Both the position numbers and the translations under genes were made by a program. Source: Deltaproteobacteria bacterium (GTDB taxonomy: Bacteria > Myxococcota > Kuafuiibacteriia > Kuafuiibacteriales > Kuafuiibacteriaceae). Taken from it: DNA of 64,000 nucleotides. Of this stretch, positions 1 through 9,562 are shown piece after piece. The notes beneath the pieces were generated by a model. It saw nothing but the letters and a program-made list of their open reading frames with translations, was not told the origin of the DNA and did not search any database. Positions within the stretch are counted from its first letter, which is position 1. Each line of letters begins with the position of its first letter. The stretch is from positions 448,001-512,000 of the forward strand of contig JAVJQW010000011.1 of assembly GCA_040218735.1 (NCBI GenBank). The letters run 5' to 3'.

Positions 1-465
1 GGCGTCCGCCTGCGCGTCGACGGGCGCATCGAAGCGGACGGCGAGCGCTTCGACTACAGCGGCAGCGAAGTGGTCATCGGCTCCGACGGCCGCATCAGCG
101 TCGACGGCCAGGTCGAGGTCGACGACGGCAACGTCATCGTCGACGACAACAACGACAACAACGACAACAACGACAACAACGACGACGCGCGTTGCCGCGG
201 CACCTACTCGGGCAGCTACCAGGGCGACGCGGTCGGCGTGGTCGAGGCCGAGCTCGAGGGCGATCTCTTCCGCCTCACGTTCATCTCGGACCTGGCCGGC
301 TCGCCGATCACGTACACCTTCCCGGTCGACGGCGAAGGCAACGTTTCCGGGATGAGCTTCGACCTCACCGTCGACGCGGACCTGGACTTCGACAGCTGCG
401 CGATCGCCGGCACGTGGCGCAACGCCGCCGGCAGCACCGGGACCTGGCAATCGCGGCGTGACTGA
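1..465 (+). CDS. hypothetical protein, 5'-truncated, with a (DNN)4 linker and C-terminal beta-rich domain
   Basis: Frame is open from base 1 (GVRLRVDGRIEADG...) to TGA at 463-465; GC-rich third codon positions. Confidence 0.75.
   Translation, partial: GVRLRVDGRIEADGERFDYSGSEVVIGSDGRISVDGQVEVDDGNVIVDDNNDNNDNNDNNDDARCRGTYSGSYQGDAVGVVEAELEGDLFRLTFISDLAGSPITYTFPVDGEGNVSGMSFDLTVDADLDFDSCAIAGTWRNAAGSTGTWQSRRD
145..180 (+). repeat. in-frame 9-bp tandem repeat (GACAACAAC)x4 encoding DNN x4
   Basis: Read directly from the sequence. Confidence 0.9.
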
Positions 466-491
466 CGCGTGATTTGTTAGACTCTTCGTCG

Positions 492-1283
492 ATGTCCCGG
501 CCGAGCCTCGCTGACCTCAAGCGCCGCTACGTCGACGAAGCCCGCCCGCTCCCCGCGCGGATCAAACGTCAGCTCGAAGACGATCCGCGCCGGGGGGCCG
601 AGGCCATCCTCACCGCCGTCGCGCGGCGTCAGCGCGCCAACCGCGCCGAGGGCCAACGCCTCCGCCGCATGCTCCGCTACGAACGCACGCTCTGGGACGA
701 CGGCTGCACCTACGTCGCGGGCGTCGACGAAGCCGGGATGAGCCCGCTCGCGGGGCCGGTCGTCGCCGCCGCCGTCATCCTCGCGCCGGGCACGCGCATC
801 GCGCAGGTGGACGACTCCAAGAAGCTCGACGCCGCCACCCGCGATCGCCTCGCCAACGAGATCAAACAGGTCGCCGTCGCGTGGGGCACCGGCCGCGCCG
901 ACCCGCGCGAGATCGACACGATCAACATCTACCACGCGGGACTCCTCGCGATGCGGCGCGCGGTCGAGGCGCTCGGCGTCGCACCGGGGCACCTGCTGGT
1001 CGACGCACGCAAGGTGCCCGAGGTGACCGCGCCGCAGACCGCGATCATCGGCGGCGACGGCAAGAGCCTCTCGATCGCCGCGGCGTCGATCCTCGCGAAG
1101 ACGACGCGCGACGCGATCATGGATGCGCTGGACGCCGCGCACCCGGAGTACGGCTTCTGCCGGCACAAGGGGTACGGCGTCCCCGAACACCAACGCGCGT
1201 TGGTGCGGTACGGCGCGCTCCCCGAGCACCGACGTTCGTTCGCCGCCGTACAAAAGGTGGTTCAGAAGGTCGTCGAGCGCTGA
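492..1283 (+). CDS. rnhB: ribonuclease HII with N-terminal helical extension
   Basis: AGVDEAG..PLAGPVVAAAVIL, DDSKKL, IAAASILAKTTRD, HKGYG and HRRSF motifs; start placed at ATG 492 downstream of TG-n-TAGACT. Confidence 0.95.
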   Translation: MSRPSLADLKRRYVDEARPLPARIKRQLEDDPRRGAEAILTAVARRQRANRAEGQRLRRMLRYERTLWDDGCTYVAGVDEAGMSPLAGPVVAAAVILAPGTRIAQVDDSKKLDAATRDRLANEIKQVAVAWGTGRADPREIDTINIYHAGLLAMRRAVEALGVAPGHLLVDARKVPEVTAPQTAIIGGDGKSLSIAAASILAKTTRDAIMDALDAAHPEYGFCRHKGYGVPEHQRALVRYGALPEHRRSFAAVQKVVQKVVER

Positions 1284-2510
1284 CTACTCCGCGAGGAGCC
1301 GCTCCAGGAGCGCTTCCTGCTCCTTCACCTGCGCGTCGTACAGCTCGGGGCGCGCGGGCCCGATGAACCCCGAGTGAATGCGGCGAACGCGTCCGTCGCG
1401 CCCGATGAAGACGGTGGTCGGGAACGACACGACGTTGGTGATGTCGGCGAGCAGCTCGTCGGCGTACTCGCCCCCGTCCGCGCTCGCGAGCAGGATCGGG
1501 TACGTGCGTTGGATGCGTTCCTCGAACAGCGCGATCTGCTTCCACGCCCGCACCGGGTCCTCCGTCTCCTCGAACGCGACGCCCACCACGACGAGCCCGC
1601 GCTCGCCGTAGCGGCGCGTCCAGTCGGCGAGCACGTCGGCCTGCTCCCAGCAGTTCGGGCACCACGTGCCGAAGATGTCGACGACGACGACGCGCCCCTC
1701 GAACCGTTCGTCCTTCGCGGTGACGATCGCGCCGCTGCGATCCGGGAACGCGAAGTCGAGGCGGCCGTCGTCGCTCGTGAGGGCGGTGATCGCGTACGGG
1801 TCGGGGAGCGTCGGCGCGGCGCTCTTCTTCATCGTCATCGAGAAGCTGTAGCCGTCGCTCCGCCACAGGATGCCGGCGAGGCTGCCGTCGGGCCGCGCCT
1901 CCATGAACAGGCTCCCCACGTGCGAGCCTTCGAAGCGCGACAGCCGCAGGACGCCGCGGTCGAAGTCACCGACGAGGAGGCGCGTCTCTCCGTAGGGCGT
2001 GAAGAAGATCGCGCGCACCTCACCTTCCTCGATCCGGATCGCGCCGTACGCTTCGAACTTCGTCCCCGCGACGTCGATCGTCGCGGCCCACTCGCCCGTG
2101 ATGTCTTCCACGGTGTCGGCGCCGGAGCGGTCGGGCGAGAGCGGATCGAAGCGCGGACCTTCGTGGCGCGTCGCGACGAACGCGACCCGCTCCCAGCCCT
2201 CCCCCATCGGCTTGGACCACGTGCCGACGAGACGATCGCCGTCGCGCCGCGCGACGAGCTTGGATTCGTACCAGGCGATCTCGAGCTCGAGCGCGTCGCC
2301 CCGCGCGATGACGGCCGACGTCGTCGCGTGCTCGGGACCGTTTTCGAACCAGGCGCGGTCGCCGGCGATGTGCAACGGGACGGGGAGCGGACCGAGCTCG
2401 GTGTCGAACACGACCCGCCATCGACCGTCGTACGACGGCGCGGCGTCCGGGGCGCGGGGGGTCGACGCGCAGGCCGACAGGACGACGAGGAGCCCCGCGT
2501 GACGCAGCAT
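1284..2510 (-). CDS. lipoprotein with C-terminal TlpA/redoxin thioredoxin domain
   Basis: Lipobox LSAC; FGTWCPNC CxxC motif; SFPTTVFIGRDGRV cis-Pro strand. Confidence 0.85.
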   Translation of the reverse strand: MLRHAGLLVVLSACASTPRAPDAAPSYDGRWRVVFDTELGPLPVPLHIAGDRAWFENGPEHATTSAVIARGDALELEIAWYESKLVARRDGDRLVGTWSKPMGEGWERVAFVATRHEGPRFDPLSPDRSGADTVEDITGEWAATIDVAGTKFEAYGAIRIEEGEVRAIFFTPYGETRLLVGDFDRGVLRLSRFEGSHVGSLFMEARPDGSLAGILWRSDGYSFSMTMKKSAAPTLPDPYAITALTSDDGRLDFAFPDRSGAIVTAKDERFEGRVVVVDIFGTWCPNCWEQADVLADWTRRYGERGLVVVGVAFEETEDPVRAWKQIALFEERIQRTYPILLASADGGEYADELLADITNVVSFPTTVFIGRDGRVRRIHSGFIGPARPELYDAQVKEQEALLERLLAE

Positions 2511-2557
2511 CTGGCGGGGATCATACGCAACTTCGGGCCGGTTGACCGATCCCGATC

Positions 2558-2577
2558 AACTGATCACATGTTCAGTT
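2558..2577. promoter_or_regulatory. probable LexA (SOS) box AACTGATCACATGTTCAGTT
   Basis: Palindromic arms AACTGA/TCAGTT; CTG-N10-CAG core with a GTTCAG half-site, close to the Myxococcus xanthus consensus CTRHAMRYBYGTTCAGS (3 mismatches); ends 1 nt before ATG 2579; TTGACC (-35-like) at 2542-2547. Confidence 0.7.
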
Positions 2578-2578
2578 C

Positions 2579-3799
2579 ATGGATCGGCAGAGCAAACTGA
2601 AGGTGCTCGGGCAGGGGAATGACCACGAGCTCGACGGGCCGCCGACGCCGGGGCGGCGCGCGGTGACGAGTCAGTACGGCATCTTCGAGACGAAGACGGC
2701 GAAGTCGAAGCTGCCGGTGATGCGTACGATGATGACGTCGGCCTGCGCGCAGCGGTGTCGCTACTGCACGTTCGGGCTCGACGTCGACTTCAAGCGGGCG
2801 ACCTGGAAGACGGAGGAGCTCGCTCGAACGATGTCGGAGCTGTCCGACGCGGATCTCGCGCGAGGTCTGTTCCTCACGTCGGGCCTCGCGGGGAGCTCGG
2901 TGCGGATGATGGATCGGATGCTCGACGCGGTGCGGATACTCCGCACGAAGTACGCGTTCGACGGGTACGTCCACCTGAAGATCCTCCCCGGCGCGGAGGA
3001 CGCGCAGATCGAGGAGGCGGTGCGCCTCGCGGATCGTGTGTCGTTGAACCTGGAGGCGCCGACGGAGGGCGCGCTCGAGAAGATCGCGCCGGGCAAGTCA
3101 CTGTCGAAGGATCTCGCGCTCCGGCTGAAGGCGGTGCAGGCGCTGAAGGCCCGCGGCATCAAGCCGCGCTCGGGGTTGGTGACGCAGTTCGTGGTCGGGC
3201 CAGGCGGCGAGTCGGATCGCACGCTGCTCACTGCGGTCGACCGCCTCTACCAACGCTACGACGTGCGGCGCGCGTACTACTCCGCGTTCACGCCGGTGCT
3301 CGGGACGCCGATGGAGAACGAGCCGCCCGAGGCCCCCACGCGTGAGCTGCGGCTGTACCAAGCGGACTGGCTGCTTCGCTTCTACGGGTTCGCGCTCGAC
3401 GAGCTCCCGCTCGACGACGACGGCGCCCTCCCCCGCGAACAGGATCCGAAGACCGCGTGGGCGCTCGCCCGCCCCGAGCTGTGGCCGGTCGAGATCAATC
3501 GCGCGGACCGCGAGCTGCTCCTCCGCATCCCGGGGCTCGGCCCGACGAGCGTCGACCGCATCGTCCACACCCGACGGCGGACCACGCTGCGCAGCCCGGA
3601 GGATCTGCGCCGCCTCCGCATCCCGCCCAAGCGCGTGCGCAACTTCGTGCTGTTCGACGGACGTCACTACCCCGGACCGCAGAGCTGGATGATGCCCCCA
3701 CCCATCCAGCTGGAGCTGTTCGACCGCATCCGCGGCTTCGGGCGCCTCCCGGAGGATCGGCGCCGGATCGAGCCCGCGTCCGGAGGCACCTACGTGTGA
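2579..3799 (+). CDS. putative DNA modification/repair radical SAM protein with HhH motif (TIGR03916-like)
   Basis: CAQRCRYC cluster motif; GLFLTSG, GYVHLK, YYSAF and RLYQADWLLRFYGF family motifs; HhH LLRIPGLGP; C-terminal QLELF. Confidence 0.9.
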   Translation: MDRQSKLKVLGQGNDHELDGPPTPGRRAVTSQYGIFETKTAKSKLPVMRTMMTSACAQRCRYCTFGLDVDFKRATWKTEELARTMSELSDADLARGLFLTSGLAGSSVRMMDRMLDAVRILRTKYAFDGYVHLKILPGAEDAQIEEAVRLADRVSLNLEAPTEGALEKIAPGKSLSKDLALRLKAVQALKARGIKPRSGLVTQFVVGPGGESDRTLLTAVDRLYQRYDVRRAYYSAFTPVLGTPMENEPPEAPTRELRLYQADWLLRFYGFALDELPLDDDGALPREQDPKTAWALARPELWPVEINRADRELLLRIPGLGPTSVDRIVHTRRRTTLRSPEDLRRLRIPPKRVRNFVLFDGRHYPGPQSWMMPPPIQLELFDRIRGFGRLPEDRRRIEPASGGTYV

Positions 3800-3849
3800 C
3801 CGCGCTTGCACTTCGCGGCCTCGTCGTTGGGCGGGCTACGCTCGAAGGG

Positions 3850-4944
3850 ATGCGTGCCCCGCTCGTGCTGGTCCTCGCCCTCGCGTCACCGGCCGCCGAA
3901 GCCTCCGACGTCGTCGCGGTCTTCGACCTCGAGGCCCACGGCGTCCGGATCACCGACGCGACGCGACGCGCGCTCACCGACTACGCCGCAACCCGACTTG
4001 CGGCCGACGACCGGTACGCGATCGTCCCGCACCACGAGATCCGCAGCGCGCTGCGCCGCGAGAAGGCCGAGTCCTACAGGGCCTGCTACGACGAGGCCTG
4101 CCAGATCGAGATCGGCAAGGAGATCGCCGCGAACCTCACGCTGTCCACGAAGGTCTCCCGCATCGGGAGCAGCTGCGTGACCACGATGCGCCTCTACGAT
4201 CTGCGGTCCGCCGCGACCGTCCGCGCCGCCACCGCGCGCGGCGGGTGTGCTCGGGACGCGTGGGTCGTCGCCGTGGAGCGCTGCGTGGACGAGCTCCTCG
4301 GTCGCGCCGCCGCAGTGACGCTCGCCTCGCGCTCGGTGCGGATGCCGCCGCAGCCCGTCGAGCGCCCCGCCCGATCGATCGACGCGATGACCCTCGACAG
4401 CGCGCAGCTCCTCGCGCGGGACGGCCGGTGGTCGAAGCGCGATCGTCTCGCAGCGCGCGTGCTCCACCGCCTCGCCGACAAGTCCTCGGACCCGAGCGTG
4501 CACTTCCGCCTCGGGGTGCTCTACACGCAGGGCCCGTCGAAACACGACGACGCGATCACGGTCTTCGAGGGCGTCCTCCAGCGCTGGCCGAACGACGACG
4601 TCGCCCCCCGCGCGCGTTTCGAGCTCGCACGCCTCCTCGTCCTCCGCGGCGAGCTGACCCGCGCGCGCGCCGCGCTCGGCGATACCCAAGATGCACCGGC
4701 GGCGCTGCTCCGCGGGGAGATCAACCGACGCGAGTCGAGGTGGTCCGAGGCGCGCGGGGACTACGAATCGGCGCGCGTCGACCCGCAGCTTCGCGACGCC
4801 GCGGATTACCGGCTCGCGTGGCTCGCGTGGCGCGCGCGACGCGACGACGAAGCGCGCCGCCGTTTGGACGACGTCGTCGCAAACGGTCGCGACGCGCTCC
4901 GCGAGGCGGCGCAGACGGACCGCGCGTACTTCGACGCGAACTGA
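3850..4944 (+). CDS. secreted protein, N-terminal TolB_N/CsgG-like domain plus TPR repeats
   Basis: Signal peptide MRAPLVLVLALASPAAEA; CxDExCQIEIGKE motif shared with 10829-12145; TPR-like helices (VHFRLGVLY, ARFELARL). Confidence 0.7.
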   Translation: MRAPLVLVLALASPAAEASDVVAVFDLEAHGVRITDATRRALTDYAATRLAADDRYAIVPHHEIRSALRREKAESYRACYDEACQIEIGKEIAANLTLSTKVSRIGSSCVTTMRLYDLRSAATVRAATARGGCARDAWVVAVERCVDELLGRAAAVTLASRSVRMPPQPVERPARSIDAMTLDSAQLLARDGRWSKRDRLAARVLHRLADKSSDPSVHFRLGVLYTQGPSKHDDAITVFEGVLQRWPNDDVAPRARFELARLLVLRGELTRARAALGDTQDAPAALLRGEINRRESRWSEARGDYESARVDPQLRDAADYRLAWLAWRARRDDEARRRLDDVVANGRDALREAAQTDRAYFDAN

Positions 4945-4945
4945 C

Positions 4946-6301
4946 TCAGGCGATGCCGGGCAGCGGCCCGGTGCAGCGCTCGTTCCAACCGAAGCAGGTG
5001 GCCGGGTTGCCGAACAGGTTGAGGATCGACGTGAACAGGTCGCCCGTCGTCCGCCCGGGGAACTTGAGGTAGCGCCCGGTCTGCAGGCGCCCGCCGAGCC
5101 CGCCCGCGAGGATGATCGGTAGGTCCATCGTGTTGTGGGCGTCGCCCTCGCCGAAGTCGCTGATCCACAGCACGAGGCTGTTCTCGAGGAGCGAGGCATT
5201 ACCGTCGGTCGTCGTCGCCATCCGCTGGAGCAGGAGCGCGAACATCTGCGTGTACCAGGTCATCGCCGCGACCATCGCGTCGCGCCCGCCGATGTTCCGC
5301 GCCTCGTGGATCATCGTGTGCCAGTTCGACCAGCGCCCCGGGATGTTCACACCGAGCCACGGGAAGCGAGGCCCCTCGGTGTTCGTGAACTGCAGCGTGA
5401 CGACGCGGGTCAGATCACACGACAGCGACATCACCGCTTCCTCGATGAGGATGTCGGCCGAGACGTCGTCGAAGTCCGACGCCTCCGGGTTGTAGTTCCC
5501 GGGGAGCGAGACGGTCGGCGGCGAACACGCACGGCCGCCGCTGTAGATGCGCTGCTCCAGCTCGCGGACCTTGTCGGTGTGCGCTTCGAGCCGCAGGCGA
5601 TCGGCGCGCCCCATGCGGGACGAGAGCCCCTCGTAGCTCTGGCGCACGACGTCGAGGACGCTGCCGCGTTTGTTTCGGATCTTCGCGATCGGCGTCTCGT
5701 TGTTGCCCGCCACCTCCGCGAACAAGCGGTCGAAGAGCTCCCGCGGATCCGCGGTGCCGATCACCGGGTCGTTGCGCCCCGCCGAGAAGATCTGCGCCTG
5801 GCCAATCTCCCGGCCGCCGATCATGAAGTCGATCGTCTTGAAGCGCCGGCTCGCGCTGATGTCGTTCGCGATGACTTGCTCGATCGACGGGCCGCCCGCG
5901 AGGCCGTCGTCGCGCTGCTGCGACTGCGGGAGGAGGCTCCCGTCGGCCGTTAGGTTCTCGTGGTACGGCATACACGTCATCAGCGTGCGCGCCGCGGAGT
6001 TGTGGCCGTCGGAGAGCGCGTTGAGCGGCGCGACGACGTTCGACACGCCGTCGATGATGTTGAGCTGATCGCGGAACGGCTCGAGCGGCGCGAGGATGTC
6101 GTGCAGGACGAAGTCACGCTCGCCGCCCGTGGGCCGCCAGGCGTCCATGATCATCCCCATCGGATGCTGGAACACGACGAGCCGCTGCGGGGCGCCCGCC
6201 TGGGCGTACGCTTCACCTCGGGTCAGCTCCAGAAACGGCAGCGCGAGCGCTGCGCTCCCGAACGATTTCAGCAGGGTGCGCCGATCGATGCCCTTCGCCA
6301 C
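4946..6301 (-). CDS. DUF1552-family Tat-exported protein
   Basis: IDRRTLLK Tat motif; ALPFLE, GGPSIEQVIA, RLEAHTDKVRELE, CDLTRVVTL, LPIILAGG. Confidence 0.85.
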   Translation of the reverse strand: MAKGIDRRTLLKSFGSAALALPFLELTRGEAYAQAGAPQRLVVFQHPMGMIMDAWRPTGGERDFVLHDILAPLEPFRDQLNIIDGVSNVVAPLNALSDGHNSAARTLMTCMPYHENLTADGSLLPQSQQRDDGLAGGPSIEQVIANDISASRRFKTIDFMIGGREIGQAQIFSAGRNDPVIGTADPRELFDRLFAEVAGNNETPIAKIRNKRGSVLDVVRQSYEGLSSRMGRADRLRLEAHTDKVRELEQRIYSGGRACSPPTVSLPGNYNPEASDFDDVSADILIEEAVMSLSCDLTRVVTLQFTNTEGPRFPWLGVNIPGRWSNWHTMIHEARNIGGRDAMVAAMTWYTQMFALLLQRMATTTDGNASLLENSLVLWISDFGEGDAHNTMDLPIILAGGLGGRLQTGRYLKFPGRTTGDLFTSILNLFGNPATCFGWNERCTGPLPGIA

Positions 6302-6349
6302 GATGACGGAATCGACGTTAATTCCATCCTTAGAAGCCTGACAAGGGGC

Positions 6350-8434
6350 TCAGCGCCACCCGCGCCGCCGCCGCTGTCGGTCATAGTCACACACACCTTC
6401 GGCGAAGGTGTTCCGCAGGTCGGCGAGCTGCGCGGGGCTGAACGCGACAGAGCCGTACACGCCGCCCGCGATCGCCTCGTCGACCGTCTGCAGCGCGCAC
6501 TTGAAGACGTCCCCGGCCATGCCGTCGCCCGCCACCGTGCGCGACGAGCCGTTGAGGGGATACGCGGTCGTGCACGGCCCCGCCGGCCCGCCATCGAGGA
6601 TCCCCGACCAGGCCGTGGGACCGAACCCGATCGGCGCGCCGGCCGCGTCGAAACACGCGTCCTGGAACAGCGCGGGGCGCTGGCCGGTCGTGAGGTACTC
6701 GTCGAGGACCTGGATCGCGAGCACCGCCTTCGCGCCGAAGTCGGCCTCGTTCTCCGTGAACCAGATGACCTGATTGTCCGCGTTGCCGTCGTGGTCGAGC
6801 ATCCGCTGCCGCGCCGAGAAGCTCTGCCGCGCGTTGTGCATGTCGAGCACCGGGTCGAGGTACGGGCGCAGGTCGATCACCGGCATGCGCAGCCGCCCCC
6901 GGAAGACGTGGCCCGAGGTGAACGCGCGACGGATCGTGCGGCGGTCGCCGACCGAGCGCGGCGCCGGAACGCCAAAGCGACATGCGACCGGGTCCCGCGT
7001 CATGTTCGCGGAGTCGAACGGGTCGGAGAGGTCGAACGGCCACGGCGTGAACTGGTCCTGTGACTTCCAGCCGCCCACACACCGGTTGATGCGGAGGAAC
7101 TCGTCCGCCGTGATGTCGCCGTCGAGAAGCGCGCCGAGGCCGTACTGAACGCCGACGTTGTCGTACGGCGTCGGCGCGAACCCATCCGGGCCCGTGGTGC
7201 CGTAGATGTTTTCGAGGTCGTTCCAGTGCGTCCACCGGATGTCGTCGATGACCGACGCGGGGTAGCCGTAGAACTGAAGCGCCGCGAAGTACTGCGGGTC
7301 GGCGGTGCGTGGGTTGTGCGCGGTGGGTTCGGCGAAGAACCAACCTTCGATGCACTCCGAGCTCCCGGGGACCCCCGTCAGACTGTTGATCACCGTGTCG
7401 CTGGAGTTGAGCCCCTCGATGAGTCGGTGGTTACTCCACGTCGCCCACATGGACGTCGGGTCGAGCGTGGCTTCCTCGAGGAAGTATTGCTCGAGGAGGT
7501 TGCAGTCGAGGATGTGGATCGTCTGCGTGACCATGTCCGGGTACGCGTAGGCGGGCACGCCGGCGTCGAAGAGCCCGGGGCGGTTCTGACCGAAGACGTA
7601 CTGTTGGATGCCGCCGCCCGAGCCACCGATCGAGATGGTGTAATCAGGCCGACCGTAGGTCGCGGTGAAGTGCCGCTTCACCATCAGCGCGGTCTCCTCC
7701 GCGAGCTCGAGGTTGTAGTGGGTCGCGGTCGTGTTCCCCGACGAAGTCATGATCGCGTAGCCGCCCTGCAGCATCGCCGCGAACAGGCCACGCTCCGCGG
7801 AAGACAGGCCGCCATGCCAGAACGCTTCGCCCTGCCAGTGCCCGATGCCGACGCCACCGCCGAGGTAATAGATGGCCTTTTGGTTCCACGCGGAGTTGTT
7901 CAGCGTGGACGGGCGCGCGAGGGACTCGGGGAACGGCGCGAGCATCGCGATGTTGTAGACGAACCGATTGATCGTCCCCGTCTCGACCCGCACCACGAAG
8001 GGCACGAGTGTCTCCCCGACCGGAAACTGCACGAGGTCCTCGGGTGGGTTGGTCGCGTCGTAGATTCGGAAGCGTCCGTCCGTGGCGAGGTAGAAGTAGT
8101 CGACGCGCGTATCGATGCTGCAGTCGGCGCTGTAACCGACGACCCCGCTGGTGGGTACGCCCTCCACGGCGTAAACCGCGTTGCCGAGCCCGTCTTGGTT
8201 GTCGACGTTCGGCTGACCGAGCCCCGCCTCCGACGTGGAGCAGAGGAATGGGTACTGTTGGGGCCCGGAGAAGAGCGGACCGGTCGGACCTTCATCGCCG
8301 ATCCAGAAGCGGTAGCGCCCTCGCGCCCCCCCGCCGTGCAGCGCGCTCTGTTCGGCGTCGATGTCGGTGACCTCGGGCGCGCACGCCGCGAGTCCGAGCG
8401 TAGTCAGGAGACCGGCTCCACGAATCAAATTCAT
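6350..8434 (-). CDS. DUF6351/tannase-like alpha/beta-fold lipoprotein
   Basis: Lipobox LAAC; RVETGTINRFVY; GGSGGGIQQY nucleophile elbow; YDNVGVQYGL; GDVFKCAL and CDY near the C-terminus. Confidence 0.75.
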   Translation of the reverse strand: MNLIRGAGLLTTLGLAACAPEVTDIDAEQSALHGGGARGRYRFWIGDEGPTGPLFSGPQQYPFLCSTSEAGLGQPNVDNQDGLGNAVYAVEGVPTSGVVGYSADCSIDTRVDYFYLATDGRFRIYDATNPPEDLVQFPVGETLVPFVVRVETGTINRFVYNIAMLAPFPESLARPSTLNNSAWNQKAIYYLGGGVGIGHWQGEAFWHGGLSSAERGLFAAMLQGGYAIMTSSGNTTATHYNLELAEETALMVKRHFTATYGRPDYTISIGGSGGGIQQYVFGQNRPGLFDAGVPAYAYPDMVTQTIHILDCNLLEQYFLEEATLDPTSMWATWSNHRLIEGLNSSDTVINSLTGVPGSSECIEGWFFAEPTAHNPRTADPQYFAALQFYGYPASVIDDIRWTHWNDLENIYGTTGPDGFAPTPYDNVGVQYGLGALLDGDITADEFLRINRCVGGWKSQDQFTPWPFDLSDPFDSANMTRDPVACRFGVPAPRSVGDRRTIRRAFTSGHVFRGRLRMPVIDLRPYLDPVLDMHNARQSFSARQRMLDHDGNADNQVIWFTENEADFGAKAVLAIQVLDEYLTTGQRPALFQDACFDAAGAPIGFGPTAWSGILDGGPAGPCTTAYPLNGSSRTVAGDGMAGDVFKCALQTVDEAIAGGVYGSVAFSPAQLADLRNTFAEGVCDYDRQRRRRGWR

Positions 8435-8501
8435 GCGGGCCTTTTATCTGAGCCCGAATCCGGATCCCACGTCCGCGATGAGTATTCGATTCGAGTACGC
8501 G

Positions 8502-9530
8502 CTACGGCCGCGAATCCGAGTGAGTTTGGAGCCACTCGACGAGCGGGGCGAACACACGTTCGTGACAGGTACGCCCGACGAAGAGATCCGTGTGCGCGTA
8601 CCAGGTGACTTCGTCGCCGACCTCGAGCACGTCCGCGCGCCCGTCGGTCACCTCGCGCACCGAGCGCGCGGCCGACGGCGGGACGATCCCATCCCGGTTC
8701 GCGAGGATGGAGAGGATCGGGACGCGGCTCGCGCGAACACCTTCGGTGACGTTCACACCACCCACCGTGAGATCACGCGACCGCACCCACCTTGCGATCT
8801 GTTCGTTGAGTCGAGCGATCGGATCCTCGACGGTCTGCACGAGACGATCGATCTCCGTGAGATCGACGTGCTCGGTGTTCATGTACACCGACAAGAGCCG
8901 CGGGAACCGCAACGCGATCGGCAGCATCCGTCGCGCCGCCGCGCGGGTCCCCTTCACGCGAACGCGGCCCAGCCAGCCCGGCGCGCCGAGCGCGGCCCTC
9001 AGCACCGGGTGCGGCTTCGCCCAGACGAGCGGCGCGCCGATGCCGACGACCGCGCCGAAGGGAGCGTCGCGGTAGTGCGCCAGGTACGTGTAGAGGAACG
9101 TCCCGCCGAGGCTGCAGCCGATCACGTCGAGCCGCTCGCGACCGGTCGTCGTCCGCGACCGCACGGCGTCGATCGCGGCGTGCAGATCCACGAGCGCGAG
9201 CGCCTCGAACCCCACGTTCCGATCTCCGCCCGTGGAGCGGGTCTCCCCCTGCCCGCGCAGGTTCGCGGTCCACACCTCGAACCCGCGGTTCACGAGGTAC
9301 TCGACGATGGGCTCGCCGCCGGGATGGAACACGAGCGGTGTGGTGTTCATGCAGTAGCCGGGCACGAGCAGCACCGGCCGGCGCACACTCGGCGTCGCAC
9401 CGAGGTACTGGCGCACGTCGAGGAGCCATCCGTCCCCGTTGTTCACGGCGTGTCGGCGGACTTCGATGTCGCGCGGGTAACGCCGCGGCGCGGGGGTGTC
9501 CAGTGAAACGACTTCAGTGATGCAGACCAC
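8502..9530 (-). CDS. alpha/beta hydrolase (lipase/PHA-synthase-like)
   Basis: VLLVPGY, GCSLGG, DGIVP and YAHTDLF catalytic-triad pattern; start uncertain. Confidence 0.85.
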   Translation of the reverse strand: MVCITEVVSLDTPAPRRYPRDIEVRRHAVNNGDGWLLDVRQYLGATPSVRRPVLLVPGYCMNTTPLVFHPGGEPIVEYLVNRGFEVWTANLRGQGETRSTGGDRNVGFEALALVDLHAAIDAVRSRTTTGRERLDVIGCSLGGTFLYTYLAHYRDAPFGAVVGIGAPLVWAKPHPVLRAALGAPGWLGRVRVKGTRAAARRMLPIALRFPRLLSVYMNTEHVDLTEIDRLVQTVEDPIARLNEQIARWVRSRDLTVGGVNVTEGVRASRVPILSILANRDGIVPPSAARSVREVTDGRADVLEVGDEVTWYAHTDLFVGRTCHERVFAPLVEWLQTHSDSRP

Positions 9531-9562
9531 CGGCCGAAGTCCTCCCTGGGCGGTATAGTTCG

